64,000 bases of DNA, from positions 62,001-126,000 of the forward strand of contig JAKMXF010000303.1 in assembly GCA_024704765.1 (NCBI GenBank). Reading direction: 5' to 3'. This stretch comes from Oopsacas minuta. Taxonomy: Eukaryota; Animalia; Porifera. The notes under the pieces are model-generated. The model was not told where the DNA came from. It saw only the letters and a list, made by a program, of their open reading frames with translations, and made no database searches. The translations under genes were made by a program, and so were the position numbers. Position 1 is the stretch's first letter. Every line of letters begins with the position of its first letter. This document shows, in pieces, positions 35,593-48,412 of the stretch.

Positions 35593-38500
35593 CTAAAAAC
35601 GCTTTATAATAAAATGCATAACTAAACAAGGGTCGCGCTCCAAACAGCAATTTTTTGATAGAATTCGAGCGTAGACAGTCTGGAGGGTCTGTGCCAGTTG
35701 TAGTTTAAGAGATATCTGAGTCTTCTTTAGATTATGTTGAATTGTAACCTGTAGAATATCTGATTAATATGTATTGTTAATTTGAGATGTAGAGTATGGT
35801 TTATTCTAGAGCACTATTCCAATTACAACATATACATACAGATGCAGAGGCGCCGAACTTTCTAATAACATCAACGATGCAGAGGGGGCTCACATATATA
35901 GCTCTATGAGGCTGTAACCAAGCTTTCTCAAGACCCCCCCGGTTCGGCGCCTATGTACAGACATTATAAAGTAATTACACAAGACGAGAAGGTCAAAACA
36001 CATGTATTTTTTATTTTCTTTCAATAAGGTAATTTGGATCATTTTCAAATAGGTATACCTGTTCAATGCTCTATTCGGATTAGTTAAAGTTCGAATAAAC
36101 GAATGTGTACTGAATAGATAAGTACCTTTATACTTGGAATTCTAGTTAGTAGGTTGATGCTGTGTTGCTGAAATATGAATTGGCTAAAAACAAGAAAAGT
36201 TTTAAAATCTCAAACTGAATTACATTCAAATATAATAAGATGTAATAATTTCAAAAACAGCAAAATTGACAATATTTGAACATTAATTCTAACCATGAAT
36301 CCCTGATCCCATATATTCCTATTGAGTAGAGGGTCACTATGTAAGGAGAGAGGAGGAATTAGTGAAGGAGCAGATATAACAGTAGGAACTTGTGATGGAT
36401 CTGTGAGTGCTGTTGCTATTCCTCCCTGTAGAACTGCTAATGGTCGATCAACTATAAATAGAATTGTTATGAGATTACTTTACGCTCGTTTGTTAGGAGC
36501 TTAAGGCTATTGACAGGGCATCGGGGATTTAATAACGTCATAGCGGCCCAGCCACATTTGATAAGATTATTTACTTGTAGACTGCCAAGAATAAGTTTTA
36601 CGACTCTTATTCTCTTATTCGATTTAATTGATATCATTTATTACAATTTCAGTACTTTTCCATCTGATATGCATTCTCAATCCAGAATCTCGAAATTATA
36701 TTCTGTTATTGTATGCGCTACTATCGTTATATACGTGGTTATATACAGAAGGTACAATATTATGTATTTACATTTAAGGGGCTGACTCAGGTGGAAGGGT
36801 TGAATTCACTGGATAGAGGCCAGTGTTGACTATTTGACTCCGTACTGACAACCCTCCTGAAAGTAATCAGCCCAATTAAGTACGTAATCCTATAGGAAGT
36901 TTGTACTACACATACCTTGTGGATTTAAAGACTGGGGGTGTGCCCCTAGAGCAGCAACAGTGCTATGAGCACCAATAATGTGGCTAGTAGCATTTTCTAG
37001 TGATGTGAGTAGAAAGGACTGTACAGGAGGAGCTATACCTGTCACCAGTTGCTGAGGCAGACTTACTGAGGTAGGATAGACTACAGCTGCTGATACAGAT
37101 GGTAATACGGTTTGTAGAGGGACGGTGAGATGCGGATGATTGGTCTGAGAGAGGTGGGGTAGAGGGTATATAGATGATAGGTTTGATTGGAATCTATCTG
37201 GAATAGAATAAGGTTCTGTTCTATTAGATTGTCTGCGTGTACGCATCCTGCTGTTAGTAAATTGGCTCTCTAATCTACATAATAGATAGCAGTAAATACC
37301 AAATAATTTAATAAAGAATAATAGTTACTGACCTTTCTGAAGACTCGTTTAGATTATTCAATAACCAAACAGCTTCAGCATTTTGTGCTAGCTCATCATC
37401 GTGTATATTAAACAGCGCTGGGTCCACAAGTACATCTAGTAATAAAATAAATAATACGGGGAACTAATTTCTCAGAAGTATATTGGCTCTGAAAAGTGCT
37501 AGTAATGAATTCTCACAATCCATTCACCCCATTATGCAGTGGATCCGGCTTAATGTCATACCCCTCGTGCACGAGTGTTTATGACATTATCCGGGAAGTA
37601 AATTTCCTGCTAATTTCATTATTCTCGTGTGAATAGGACATTATCCGGGATAATCTGGGAATACAATTGGAATACGTAGTATGGATGTACGTGCTATGAC
37701 GTGTTTAGTACTAAATGGCAGTACGTGTAGACACACCTATATGCAAACGAGTCTTTCACACTGTTTACTTAAATATAGTATATTTCCACAAGTTTCCTTC
37801 TAATAAACTCGATTTCGCGGATAATAATAAGCTATTATCCGGGAAGGATACCAAATCTGACTACATTTTTATGAGAATAAGACTCAATAACAGAGTTGTT
37901 TTAGTAGAAAGAAACTAAAATGGTTTCGAATTTGAACATTTTATGATAATAAACGTGATCCACTATAACAGTAAGGTTATAAAGAATATCCTAGCCTCAT
38001 ATTATTGTAGATGCAAAAGCATGGAGGCTAGCGGAATAGTATTCATCCATGGTGGAGGTGCGGGGAGTATGATAGGAGAGAGCATGTGGAAACAGCTGAT
38101 CAGAGAGCATGGTATCTCTGTAGAAGGAATTAAAGACGACTCAATAATGTTTGACTGTCCGGGTGTAGCATTTCAAGAAATAGATAAGGGGCTTTACAGA
38201 CCTCGGAGCCTGTTTATCGACCCTGATGCACAGGACGTAACCAGGATACGTAAAGGAATGTTAAAGAAGTTATGGAGCCCTGATACTAACTTCGTTACTA
38301 GTAACAAAGACACAGGTAATTTATACACAGAGGGGTATTATACAACGTATTATTCTGTGAATGAAGGAATAACAGAGAAGATTAGACGACTTGTAGAACC
38401 AATTGATCAGCTGGAGGGGTTCCTCATATCCAGGAGTGTGAGTGGTGGAACAGGCAGTGGATTAATGAAGAGAGTTATGACAGACCTAATGAGAGATTTT

Positions 38501-39754
38501 ACTAAGCGACCTATTGCAGAAGTATGTCTATTTCCGTCTACGAGATATTCAGATATGCCAATAGAGCCATATAATGCTATGTTTGGTATAGATACTACAG
38601 ATAACAGTAACTGCTATAGCATGCTACTCAGTAATGAAGGAGTAGGGGAGTATATAGCTAATGCATTCTCTAAGCCATATTGTACTATGTCAGAGATAAA
38701 TTCTGTTATAGCTAGATTAATGTGTAATGTAACTTGTCAGGCACGTATGAGCGGAGAGAGGGTCTTAGAGAAATTGATTAAGACAGCAGCTTATTCCTGT
38801 CGTGCATTCAACATTGCTATGCCCAGTTATTCAGTATTATGTCATGAAGATAACAACAAGCTAATTGAATGTAAACTTGACCTCACAAGACAAATATTCC
38901 AGGATTACACTCAGTTGTTGGGTTACCCATTAAGTAAATCAGTAGGAAATTATCTAAACTATCAAGGTAACACGTCAGAGTTAGAAGCTCATGGGATACT
39001 GACGTCATCAGGTAGTTTTGATATTTCTAAACTGTCAACAAACACATCAATAAATGCTATAGAGAAATGGGTACCAACAAGGGTATTTGAGGATAGCTCA
39101 GCTCCTTATTGCGAGCTAGCACATGTAAGTGTAAACGTGGGTGTGTGTCAGGCACTGAAAGACCTGGCTAAGAAGTACGATAAGTTAATGTCTACTAGAG
39201 CATATATTCACTGGATAGTAGGTTGTGGTATCAGTAGTGAGTGTGTGGGAGTAGAACGAGAAGAAGTACAAAGTTTTATTCAGGATATTTCAGAAGTATT
39301 AGAATGAAATAGCTTATGAGATTGTGTTAATTAATATGTTTATGGAATTATAGACTTTATTATTAAAAGTTTAAGATAATATCTTACCGTCCACAGGATC
39401 TACAGGGTTAACATGTGTATGTGCTATAGAAGAGGAGTTCTGTCCATCTAGAATGAAGTACGAAGCAGTATCCATGTAAGTTGATGGGAAGTTAATAGGA
39501 GAGGTATTTAGCTGACTATATGTAAGGATGTTAGGAGTACCTACATATGCAGACAAGAGGGAGGGGTATACGAGGAGAGGGGACCAGACGGGCTGTGTTA
39601 TTACAGGGGTGTTACCAGGATTAACGCCAGTAGGAGGTGCTTGTGATAGCAATATGTCTGGTGCTACGTTAATACGTGGTATAGCTGAGTTTATAGAAAT
39701 ACCAGCTACTGGTGGCCACACTTGTCCTGCATGGGATGAGTTAGAATTTCTCAT
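35593..39754 (-). CDS. Uncharacterised Pro/Ser/Leu-rich protein; hand-built exons 39754-39388, 37435-37333, 37250-36916, 36451-36294, 36167-36126, 35748-35593 (386 aa; 5' and 3' ends may extend)
   Basis: Six segments join by GT-AG with consistent phases (1,2,1,0,0) into one open frame of 1161 nt. No family recognised. Confidence 0.6.
35845..35955. mobile_element. hAT-like MITE in an intron
   Basis: CAGAGGCGCCGAAC...GTTCGGCGCCTATG termini; flanks TACAGATG/TACAGACA (6/8) resemble an 8-bp TSD. Confidence 0.55.
37537..37965. mobile_element. ~430-bp CAGTGGATC MITE-like element directly upstream of the tubulin gene
   Basis: CAGTGGATCC...GATCCACTA|TA termini. The interior is clearly homologous to 48413-48958 (AGTACTAAATGGCA..GTAGACACA.CTATATGCAAACGA; GGGAAGGATACCAAATCTGA). 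Confidence 0.7.
38021..39307 (+). CDS. Highly divergent alpha-like tubulin (428 aa, intronless)
   Basis: Colinear with tubulin over its full length: IHGGGAGSMIG..W..EHGI, RPRSLFID, DTGNLY..GYY, SGGTGSG, IEPYN, NE, RAYIHWIVG. The ATG at 38021 is preferred over 37943, which lies inside the MITE. Confidence 0.88.
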   Translation: MEASGIVFIHGGGAGSMIGESMWKQLIREHGISVEGIKDDSIMFDCPGVAFQEIDKGLYRPRSLFIDPDAQDVTRIRKGMLKKLWSPDTNFVTSNKDTGNLYTEGYYTTYYSVNEGITEKIRRLVEPIDQLEGFLISRSVSGGTGSGLMKRVMTDLMRDFTKRPIAEVCLFPSTRYSDMPIEPYNAMFGIDTTDNSNCYSMLLSNEGVGEYIANAFSKPYCTMSEINSVIARLMCNVTCQARMSGERVLEKLIKTAAYSCRAFNIAMPSYSVLCHEDNNKLIECKLDLTRQIFQDYTQLLGYPLSKSVGNYLNYQGNTSELEAHGILTSSGSFDISKLSTNTSINAIEKWVPTRVFEDSSAPYCELAHVSVNVGVCQALKDLAKKYDKLMSTRAYIHWIVGCGISSECVGVEREEVQSFIQDISEVLE

Positions 39755-39784
39755 CTATTGGATAGCGCATAGATAAACTATATA

Positions 39785-40077
39785 CAGTAGAGTTCGTCTA
39801 TTAGCAATTGCCTTAATAGCAAGATTCACTTATTAGCAAGTTTTTTCAGTTCACGGAGCAAAGTTATAAGGATTTACGTATAAACAAATTCACTTATTAG
39901 CAAGAACTATTTAGGATATATACACACACGTGTCCTACAATATCCTTATACGTATTATATTATCACATATACGTATGTACGTGTACATACAACAATATTA
40001 TTTATCAAATTGATTGAGTTGTTCTATTAGCAAGTTTCTCGTGCAAAACCCGACTTGCTAATAAGCGAACTCCACTG
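39785..40077. mobile_element. 293-bp CAGT MITE
   Basis: TA|CAGTAGAGTTCGTCTATTAGCAA...TTGCTAATAAGCGAACTCCACTG|TA, with internal TATTAGCAAG repeats. Confidence 0.8.
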
Positions 40078-42399
40078 TAGTATATATTGTATTAAATATA
40101 CGTATGCATTGTATATACTTACCAAACCATTTGTCCCGCTAAGATTACGATTCTCCATTTTCTAGAATAATAACGGAAATATATCAAAGTAAATCTACAG
40201 AATTGACATAATTAAATAATACATCAATGAATATTAGAATATCTGTTCCATTCCAATTCTAAATATTATAATTCTATCTTACCTTTGTTAGAAATTTAAT
40301 GTTTGCATCCTAGAAGAATATAATATTAATAAATAATTAGCTCTTAAGCTAACCATACGCCATGCCACTTTGTTCCATGTTTGATGGATAATTGGACATT
40401 CACCATAATAGCATGTATGATGGCTAAGGTCTCACAAAAACAGTATTGTAATGCAAACAAGATAAAGGCATTGGTGTCAACACTAGCAGTACATTTATAA
40501 TTCACACAATGGAATATGAAAAATTTTCTGAATATGTATCTCATCTAGCTGGAATAAAGACGTGTCCATTTTGTGAATTCCTAATTCTATATATTATACA
40601 AATTTAATCAAATTTTATTAGGGAATTTCTTACAAATATTCAAAAGGAAATTATCTGAATAAGAATCCCAGTTCGCCTTTAGAGTTATTTTACGTCCTCT
40701 AATAAAATAGCATTATCTTTTCAATCTATATAATATTATAATAAATAACCTTGAATACACAGAGAACACATTCCCTTTTCTCTGAATCCCACACGAGTTG
40801 GAGAATCAAATCATTCTTCTTTTTCTTACTGTAACTAATGCGACACACGTAGAACTACAAAGGTATAGGACGATAACAAATGTAGCAATTAGTAATGGAA
40901 GTCCGGGATAGAAACTAGAACTATTGTAAGAGTTTGTTAAACATGAATAACAAATCGGAGAGTGAAAGGTTAAAGAATAATCGTGCATCCATAAAACCTA
41001 AATGCTACAAGGCTCTAGCAGAGATAGCTTCACTGGAAAGCGAGATGGTCAAATAGCTCAGTATGAAATGCTATCGTGTAATCGAGAGAGAGTTGAGAGA
41101 ACTCTAATATCAGTGAAGACTTACCATTTTCTCAACGAAGAAATTCTCCATATTTTGATTCCTATCTGTTATAAAGTCAACTTTCACTATTTGATTCATT
41201 CTCTTTCCGAGATCTAGCGATTGTTCACATTCTTTGCTTCCACTCTGAATAGCAAACTTTAAATTAGGCGGCCAGTATATGGTGTTACTAATAGAGAGGG
41301 AATATATTAACTACCTTTATGGCAAGGTTGAATTTGTTTTTGGAAATTAACGCTAATTTGAATAATTATTAATAAATCCTTCCATCTGTTCACAAATTTC
41401 AGAGATATGGAAATCTATAAAAATATGTAATTTTAGGCTTCAATAATTACATTTTTTCCACAATTATTGAAAACTTACATTTCTTGAGAATCGAAAGAAA
41501 AGAAGTGGGCTTGTAGTGTTGTTGGAGTATGACCCTATTGCAGATGTCAAGAAGACTTAAATACATAATTTTCACAATGTTTAACATATTACAATAACTA
41601 ACACTTACAAGAAGTTGAATGTGTCCAGTCCATTTGAGTAATTTGTGCTGAAGAAGAAAGTTGAAAGCTAACATGTATTTTTATACAAATTAATCAAATT
41701 ACCTTACATTTAGTTGAAGTAATAATTGTTGAATATAAGGTTGTGGTTTTGTTTTGGAGCAAAATGGTTGATGTTCCTAGGGAAATATGGGAATTTACAC
41801 TTTCAACTTGTTATCTAACTTGTTAACTCACTTCTATCTGTTCACTTGGAAATACAATTTCACAATATAAACAGGGCACAGGTTTCTTTTCACACTCCTG
41901 CTGGTGAGTGGAGAATCTATCCCGCGTGAAAATAGATCCACAACTGAATGGACATTTAATTTCTATAAACTGACAGACACACAGATGATCCTATGAGAGA
42001 TTACCATATTAATTAAGATAATGATTTGATTATATAATAACTATAGGAATAATATCTATACAAATAATGGAATAATTTGTATGTTAAACTTACTTCTAGT
42101 TCTCTCAGTTCTCCTTTCCAAACACAACCAGGTTTGGAATTGTTACAAAGTACACTCAGAGACAAGACTTCTCTTCGAGCGAAATTATCAGGAAAAAGCT
42201 ATAGAAAAAGTAACTATGAGCTAATTTCCAGTACTCTTAATTCGATAATGAAGTTACACATATTAGATATAACAATAGAATAGTAACAGTAGCATGGTAC
42301 CACTGCTCAATCGTCATTATTATATGTTTTCAAGCGATAATTCGATATATACGAAAATTTCGCTATATTCGTGTTCGTTGTAACTTGTAGGGGGAGTTG

Positions 42400-42541
42400 A
42401 CTATGATAGCAACGGGATCTAGAGACAGCGATAATTACTTTGATATAGCCGATTGAATTTGTGTTACTTTGATGGTTTAGGACCTTATTTGTTCAATTTC
42501 AGACTTCAATGTAAACATTTCGATATAACTGGAATTGACTG
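42400..42541. mobile_element. Partial copy of the 8254 MITE family
   Basis: Shares GCGATAAT..GATATA.CC..TGTTACTTTGATGGTTT and ends GATATAACTGGAATTGACTG|TA. The left end is uncertain. Confidence 0.55.
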
Positions 42542-43392
42542 TATCAGTATTCGATACATTATGCATTGGCAAAAGATCTATAACCTAAACATATCCCTCA
42601 AATCTTGCATGTTTCGAATCTCCGTTATACCTCGTATAAATATTGTAAGATAATCACCAAGCCAGTATAATTCCCAAAAGAACTGATTAATGTGTCGAAA
42701 GCGAAATATGATAATCCAAAGGTCAGGAAATGCGAAGGAAAAACGTCAATATTAGCGCCTTTAGGTGAATTAAAGCTGAACAAATTCTGTCGATGATGTC
42801 ATTGAACTTTTCAATGGTAACATCGTACAGAGAAGTGTATTACACTTATTCAGGCTGTTTGTTGCTAGTGTTACATAATTAAGTGATTGAAACGAGAATT
42901 CAACCAATTTGTTATTGAAGAATTTCAATGACAGAATTGTATTGTCAACATCTGGGTATATTGTATTATGAAAATCAAGACTCATCATCAAAAGATAAGT
43001 ATACGTTTATCAGAGTATAGACATGTTGCAATACGACGATTCAAATCTACATAAGATGAGGTATACTGTATCTTGTAGATTTTCGTTATTAATAGGTAGT
43101 TCAAACAGTATTGTGGCCTACATTAAGAGTTGTAAAGAATATACACTGATTAATGGTCCCTGCCAACACCTTTATTCTGGTTAATCGTGTCGAAAATGCC
43201 TGGCATCGATTGACCCAAGCGTAGTCCTGCATAAATCGATAAAATTATTGTCCAGTCTTTCTATCACATTTATACTCTAATCATGCATTAGTCATTGAAG
43301 AAGAATGAAGGGAACTGAGAGAGCAATTTTATATAGACTTTGATTTCAATACTGGTAATTATAATGTATAGGGGCACAGTAATATCATTCTA

Positions 43393-43558
43393 CAGTAGAC
43401 TCTCATTTATACGAACACCAAGGGACCGTCGGAATTAGACTGCTTAATGCTTATCCGGAATTGTAATAAAGCCAGTCATTTAAAGAATCTTGAGATGAAA
43501 TTCTGTACGTTTTTTATCCGATATCTCATTCGAATTAAGTATTAACGAGAATCCTCTG
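43393..43558. mobile_element. CAGT MITE (30629 family)
   Basis: TA|CAGTAGACTCTCATTTATACGAACAC...GTATTAACGAGAATCCTCTG. Confidence 0.6.
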
Positions 43559-45016
43559 TTAGAGATAGTGTATTTGGTGTGGGTCTTAAAAGAGATCCTT
43601 GCCATACAACAGACTAAGTAAATACAGTTGACTTCGGTTGATGGGAACCAGTTAATCGGGACACTTTCCAGGAGGATTCAAGCTCAACCCATTAATAGAT
43701 ATAATACAAAATATTTCGGTTAATCCAGAACTCCTCTAAATTGTGGCAAACTAACTCGAACAAATGTCCTAATTTAGCGGAGTCTATCGTATTATGATTA
43801 ATATTTCACTAACCTGTGTTAATGAGAGGGCTTTGTTATCGATAGGACATCTCTGACCTGTCAACCTAGACAACGAAATGAACACAATAATAAAACACAA
43901 CAGTATGTGAAGTAGTTTCTGTAATACAATTACAATACAAATAATTGTGGATCATATCACTATGTCTGTGAGAAGCTCAATTGTACGGGTTTATGGGGTA
44001 AATAATGCTCAACTTGAGACTGTTGGAAAATCTTAGTTAATTTCGAGAATTTGTTTCACTAATAAGGAATTAATAACTGTTGGTATCGTAGACAGACACA
44101 TTATTAGTGCTCTCTTGTGGAAAAAGATTTTCTCTAAAAAAGAAATTTCTTTAGATCGAAAACCGTCACATTTTCTCTGTGACTAATTTTCCGCGATCTA
44201 AATTACTCAATCTAGAAAAAATTGGCTATGACAAAATCTAACTAAAATACACTGGAATAATAGCCATGGTTCTTCTCCACTAATTCATAACAAATACGCA
44301 ACTCAATTATAATATTCACTCATTGACTACATCGATAGCTAACCTGCAAGGTGCCCACCCATATCTGGGAGTTATCTTATCTATCTCAGGTTGGGTTACG
44401 AACCTCACCTGTGATATAATTGAACTCAGATCTCTATCCTATCCTATTACTTGTAACGATAGAAGTATGGAGTGAGGGAATTTATCATAAGAGGCTCACT
44501 ACAATCTCTAACCTATTTCATTGGCAATGAAGCACTCTCTCTAGCCCTACACTCATGCAAGTGTGTGTAGTGTGGGACATGTATTGAGGTATTTTGTGCC
44601 AGGAACCATGCAACAATATCACAATATATTAACTAATCTAACAATGTTTAATTAGCACATAAAGCTAGACTGAGTAGGAGGGTACTTTTAGCTGTATTTA
44701 GAGAGTGATTATTAATAAATAGTTTAGTACAAAAAAATACACTATCGCATATATCTCAAGACATTTGGCTTGTATTGAAGAACTTTTTAGGAAATGTAAA
44801 CAATAAGGAATTGGACGAGGTTACATAAATTACACTTTGTAATGCATATAACACTAATCAGGACACCTCTTTATACTAACAAATATACAATGGGAATAGT
44901 CAAGGTTGAAACCGCTCGTACCGAATATTAGGACCAACCGAATACCCGAATACTGATTTTCGGGGAGTCAACCTAATACTGAACGATTTGGAAAATATAT
45001 TTGGTCCAACCAAATA

Positions 45017-45108
45017 CAGTAGAGTCTCGTTAATACGTACACCAGGGGACTGATAAAGTGTACAAATTTGTACTCCTTAACCGTGTTCGTATTAACGAGA
45101 CCCTACTA
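45017..45108. mobile_element. Short CAGT MITE (30629 family)
   Basis: TA|CAGTAGAGTCTCGTTAATACG...CGTATTAACGAGACCCTACTA. Confidence 0.7.
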
Positions 45109-47886
45109 TCCGTAGTGTTGCAACTTTGGGGATAATAAACTGGCCAGGATTTACTGTACATTTCAAGTATGTTAGTAATAAGATGGACAGGCTCAGTACA
45201 GCATAACAGAATTATATTTAGAAATGTGTAAAGTTAAAAGAAATCTATATTAGCTTAAACTTTCATCACAATACTCATAAACACACGCCATTTTACAAAT
45301 ATTATAAGTTATTACCTGAGGGCGTTATCGATACAGTTTGCACAGAATCTGTGTCCACATGGTGTTTGTAGTGGGTCCTTCTGAGCGAGGAGACAAATAG
45401 GACATTCCAATCGCTTCTTAAGGGGTGGAGAAAAGTTAGCATCATACCCAAATGTCCTTGGAGAGGTAGTCATTATTCAGTATTTGCTCGAATAAACTCA
45501 AATAATTTCTAGATTATTATTAACAGCCAAGTCTATATCAGTATTGTCATATAACCTCTTATATATTAGCAGAACTAGAGAGAATTGCTGGTATAGAAAT
45601 GTATTACAATAGAATATTATTGTAATCGATATTTGGGGATTAATACATAGAACTAGAGTATGATGTACTGAGAAATGTGGAAAGATTAAGAAAGTTTCAC
45701 ACATCGGATAATCGAGGGATTGTGCCTATTTGCTCTTTTAACCACTATTTTCTATGTAGTATACATATGCAATTTTGAAAATATCATTCTAGCGTGAGAA
45801 ACTAACAAGCTTCCCAGTAAACTACAAAAGAATTTTTTAAGTGCATAGTATAGTATACAATATTATAAGATAAAATGGTAGAGAAATATTCAAATATCAA
45901 AAATAATCACATTTTCACACATTAGCATGTTCTATAATTTAGAGTAGAAGATTTCTTTTAAACTGCTAGCTAGTCAGTGGAAGATTTCTCTTAAGTTATG
46001 AAACATCTATGATACCTATCAATTACTGTCCCCAAATCTCCTAGTAAGGGCCTATATATATATATGAGCCAGATATTACGGGATTTCTGTGATTCGTTTA
46101 TATTCATAAAACAAAAAATAAAATTACTTATGAAAAACTGCAGTGTGAAAATTGTAAACAGTTCATATATGGCAGTGGCTCTTGGAGGAGTTTAGGCATT
46201 TCCTGGGGAGGAATAGTTTCTATGGACTAGGGGTTTCCGTGTATAAGGAATTCATTGAGAGTACTTCACAAGCTATCAAGGTAATCCTTCGTATGATTTA
46301 GTGAGGCTCATTATAATGATTACTTTAGTATCCAAATAATATTCATTAGTATGAACATTTGTAGATAAAATGATTCGGATGTACATATATTACAGTAGAC
46401 TCTATCTAATCCGAACATGTCCGAAGGTTATACGTATAACTTCTGTAAAATGTTCAAAAATTACTATTTGTATCAAATTCTACTGTGGACAAATACATAT
46501 TACTGTATTACACATGTTGGAAGGCTTTTCATCGTTTGTACAACTTTCGGGGAAATATCCACCTACCCCTACATCATATAGTATTGTTTCAATGCATTTC
46601 GCGAATCTGAACGAATTATTTTGCAATTGGGACAGAGCTGTTCGGAATATCGAGGAAGTACTGTAATGCACATTTCGTATATAATTCGTAAATATTCCTT
46701 ACATAAGCTGATACCCGAAGTGAACTATGGTCATTATTCAACCTCTTTTTGAGTACTACTGCAAATATGTACTTTTGGAAGCAGGGACATAGCAACTGTT
46801 TATGATATAATTATTAGCTTATTCCTGTTTATAGGTCAAACCAACTGATTATTCTGACATACAGTTAAATCTGTTTAAATAGCCTATATATAAAGTCCGG
46901 GGAGTATGACTTTTGTGTACAGAAACATTTGTGTACGAAGCTAGTGCGACTTTTGTGTACAGTTCTGTATAAAATTATATGTAAATCAAATTTTGAGCAT
47001 ATCAGGTTGTAATAACAATCTAAGTACCTAATCGAAAGTTTTGCATATCATTATGGACTACTTGTCTATCCGATGGAATCATTTTTGAAAAATAAATAGG
47101 TTCCTCTCAATTGAATTGTTCTCTCGAACGCTCTAAATTGCTCTACCACCCTATCAACCTATGAACTGATGGAGAAGCCGTTTGAAGTCCTGATAGCCAT
47201 TCTTCTCCCCTTGCGAAATACACAATATTCCCTCCAACAAATATCACTTGGACTGGATGAAAATTTTGTTACCCTTGCAAAACCTAGCCTGAAAGTGGGA
47301 TACAAGATCAAATTGAACTCTGGATGCGTGAAAGCAGCATTGATGAGTTGGGGGATTACCAAGAATATGGAGGGATAATAACTTGGATTGGTGATGAGTT
47401 ACCACACTAGGCCTCTCCTTACTTACCTTAAAAGCATTGCTTTTAGATTATCTCTCTAGGACACAAATATTATAGATTTTAGTGTTACCGTATTTGGATA
47501 TGATAAACAATTAGTATAATATGTTATAAGTATAAATACATTCAATTACGGATTTTAACGACAAATTTCTATTCCTGCTGCATCCAAATCACATTGGGAC
47601 GACTTTGGGGCAACTCATACTATGTATTGCAGAATGTTATCGAGCATGTCAACAACTTCTGGCTAAATCTGTTAAATTTGCAATAATTGGGTTTCATCAA
47701 TAAAATTTTATACAAATTAATACTTCCACTGTTTTTGATTTAACAGGTGGCTACTTACATAAATATAACGATGGGTTACGTTCCTGAATTCTATGGTTTA
47801 ATGAGATTGGTGGTGTTACGTTCCTAAATTCAGTATGATACTTGATATAGTTTGCTAAATACGAGATTTATGTAATAGCGAAGCTA

Positions 47887-47966
47887 AAATAGCACACATT
47901 ATATGTAAATAGCACACATTTATGCGTAAATAGCACATATTATATGTAAATAGACAGATTATATGT
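47887..47966. repeat. Minisatellite, ~20-bp unit x4
   Basis: AAATAGCACACATTATATGT repeated imperfectly four times. Confidence 0.7.
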
Positions 47967-48412
47967 AAGCGGTAATTGAGGGAAAGACTAGACTATACAA
48001 GCCCACTACTTGCTCTAGCGGTTAAACATTTGATGTTTCAAACTTGGGACTTTTGACCCCCCTCAACTCGTGACCAACTATCAACTACTTTGTTCCAACT
48101 TTCTAGAAATAGGACAAACAGACAATCAAGATTACAGTACTACCTCGAAAATAGTCGGGACGATTATATATTTCAAGCCCTCCTCAGAGAGTTTAAACGT
48201 TTTTCATTGGGATAATATTTTCGGGCACCAGCAAAATCCGTACACAAACGTCGCATGAGTCGCATAAGTTTGTTCACAAACATTGCATGAAGTACTGTAC
48301 ACAAATGTCTCCCTCCGAAAGTTCCGCTATCGTATTTCAATTATTATCAACCTGTGTATAGCGGATGTTACTAAATAACAGGTTAACCCTCGTTAGTACG
48401 AACATACAAATA

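Noticed and set aside
37943-38020. 26-aa N-terminal extension of the tubulin ORF
   Set aside because: It starts within the MITE terminus, and tubulin homology begins at the ATG at 38021.
47159-47400. Possible TIR-domain or other coding relic
   Set aside because: Only a vague WIGDELPH similarity with multiple stops; insufficient to call.
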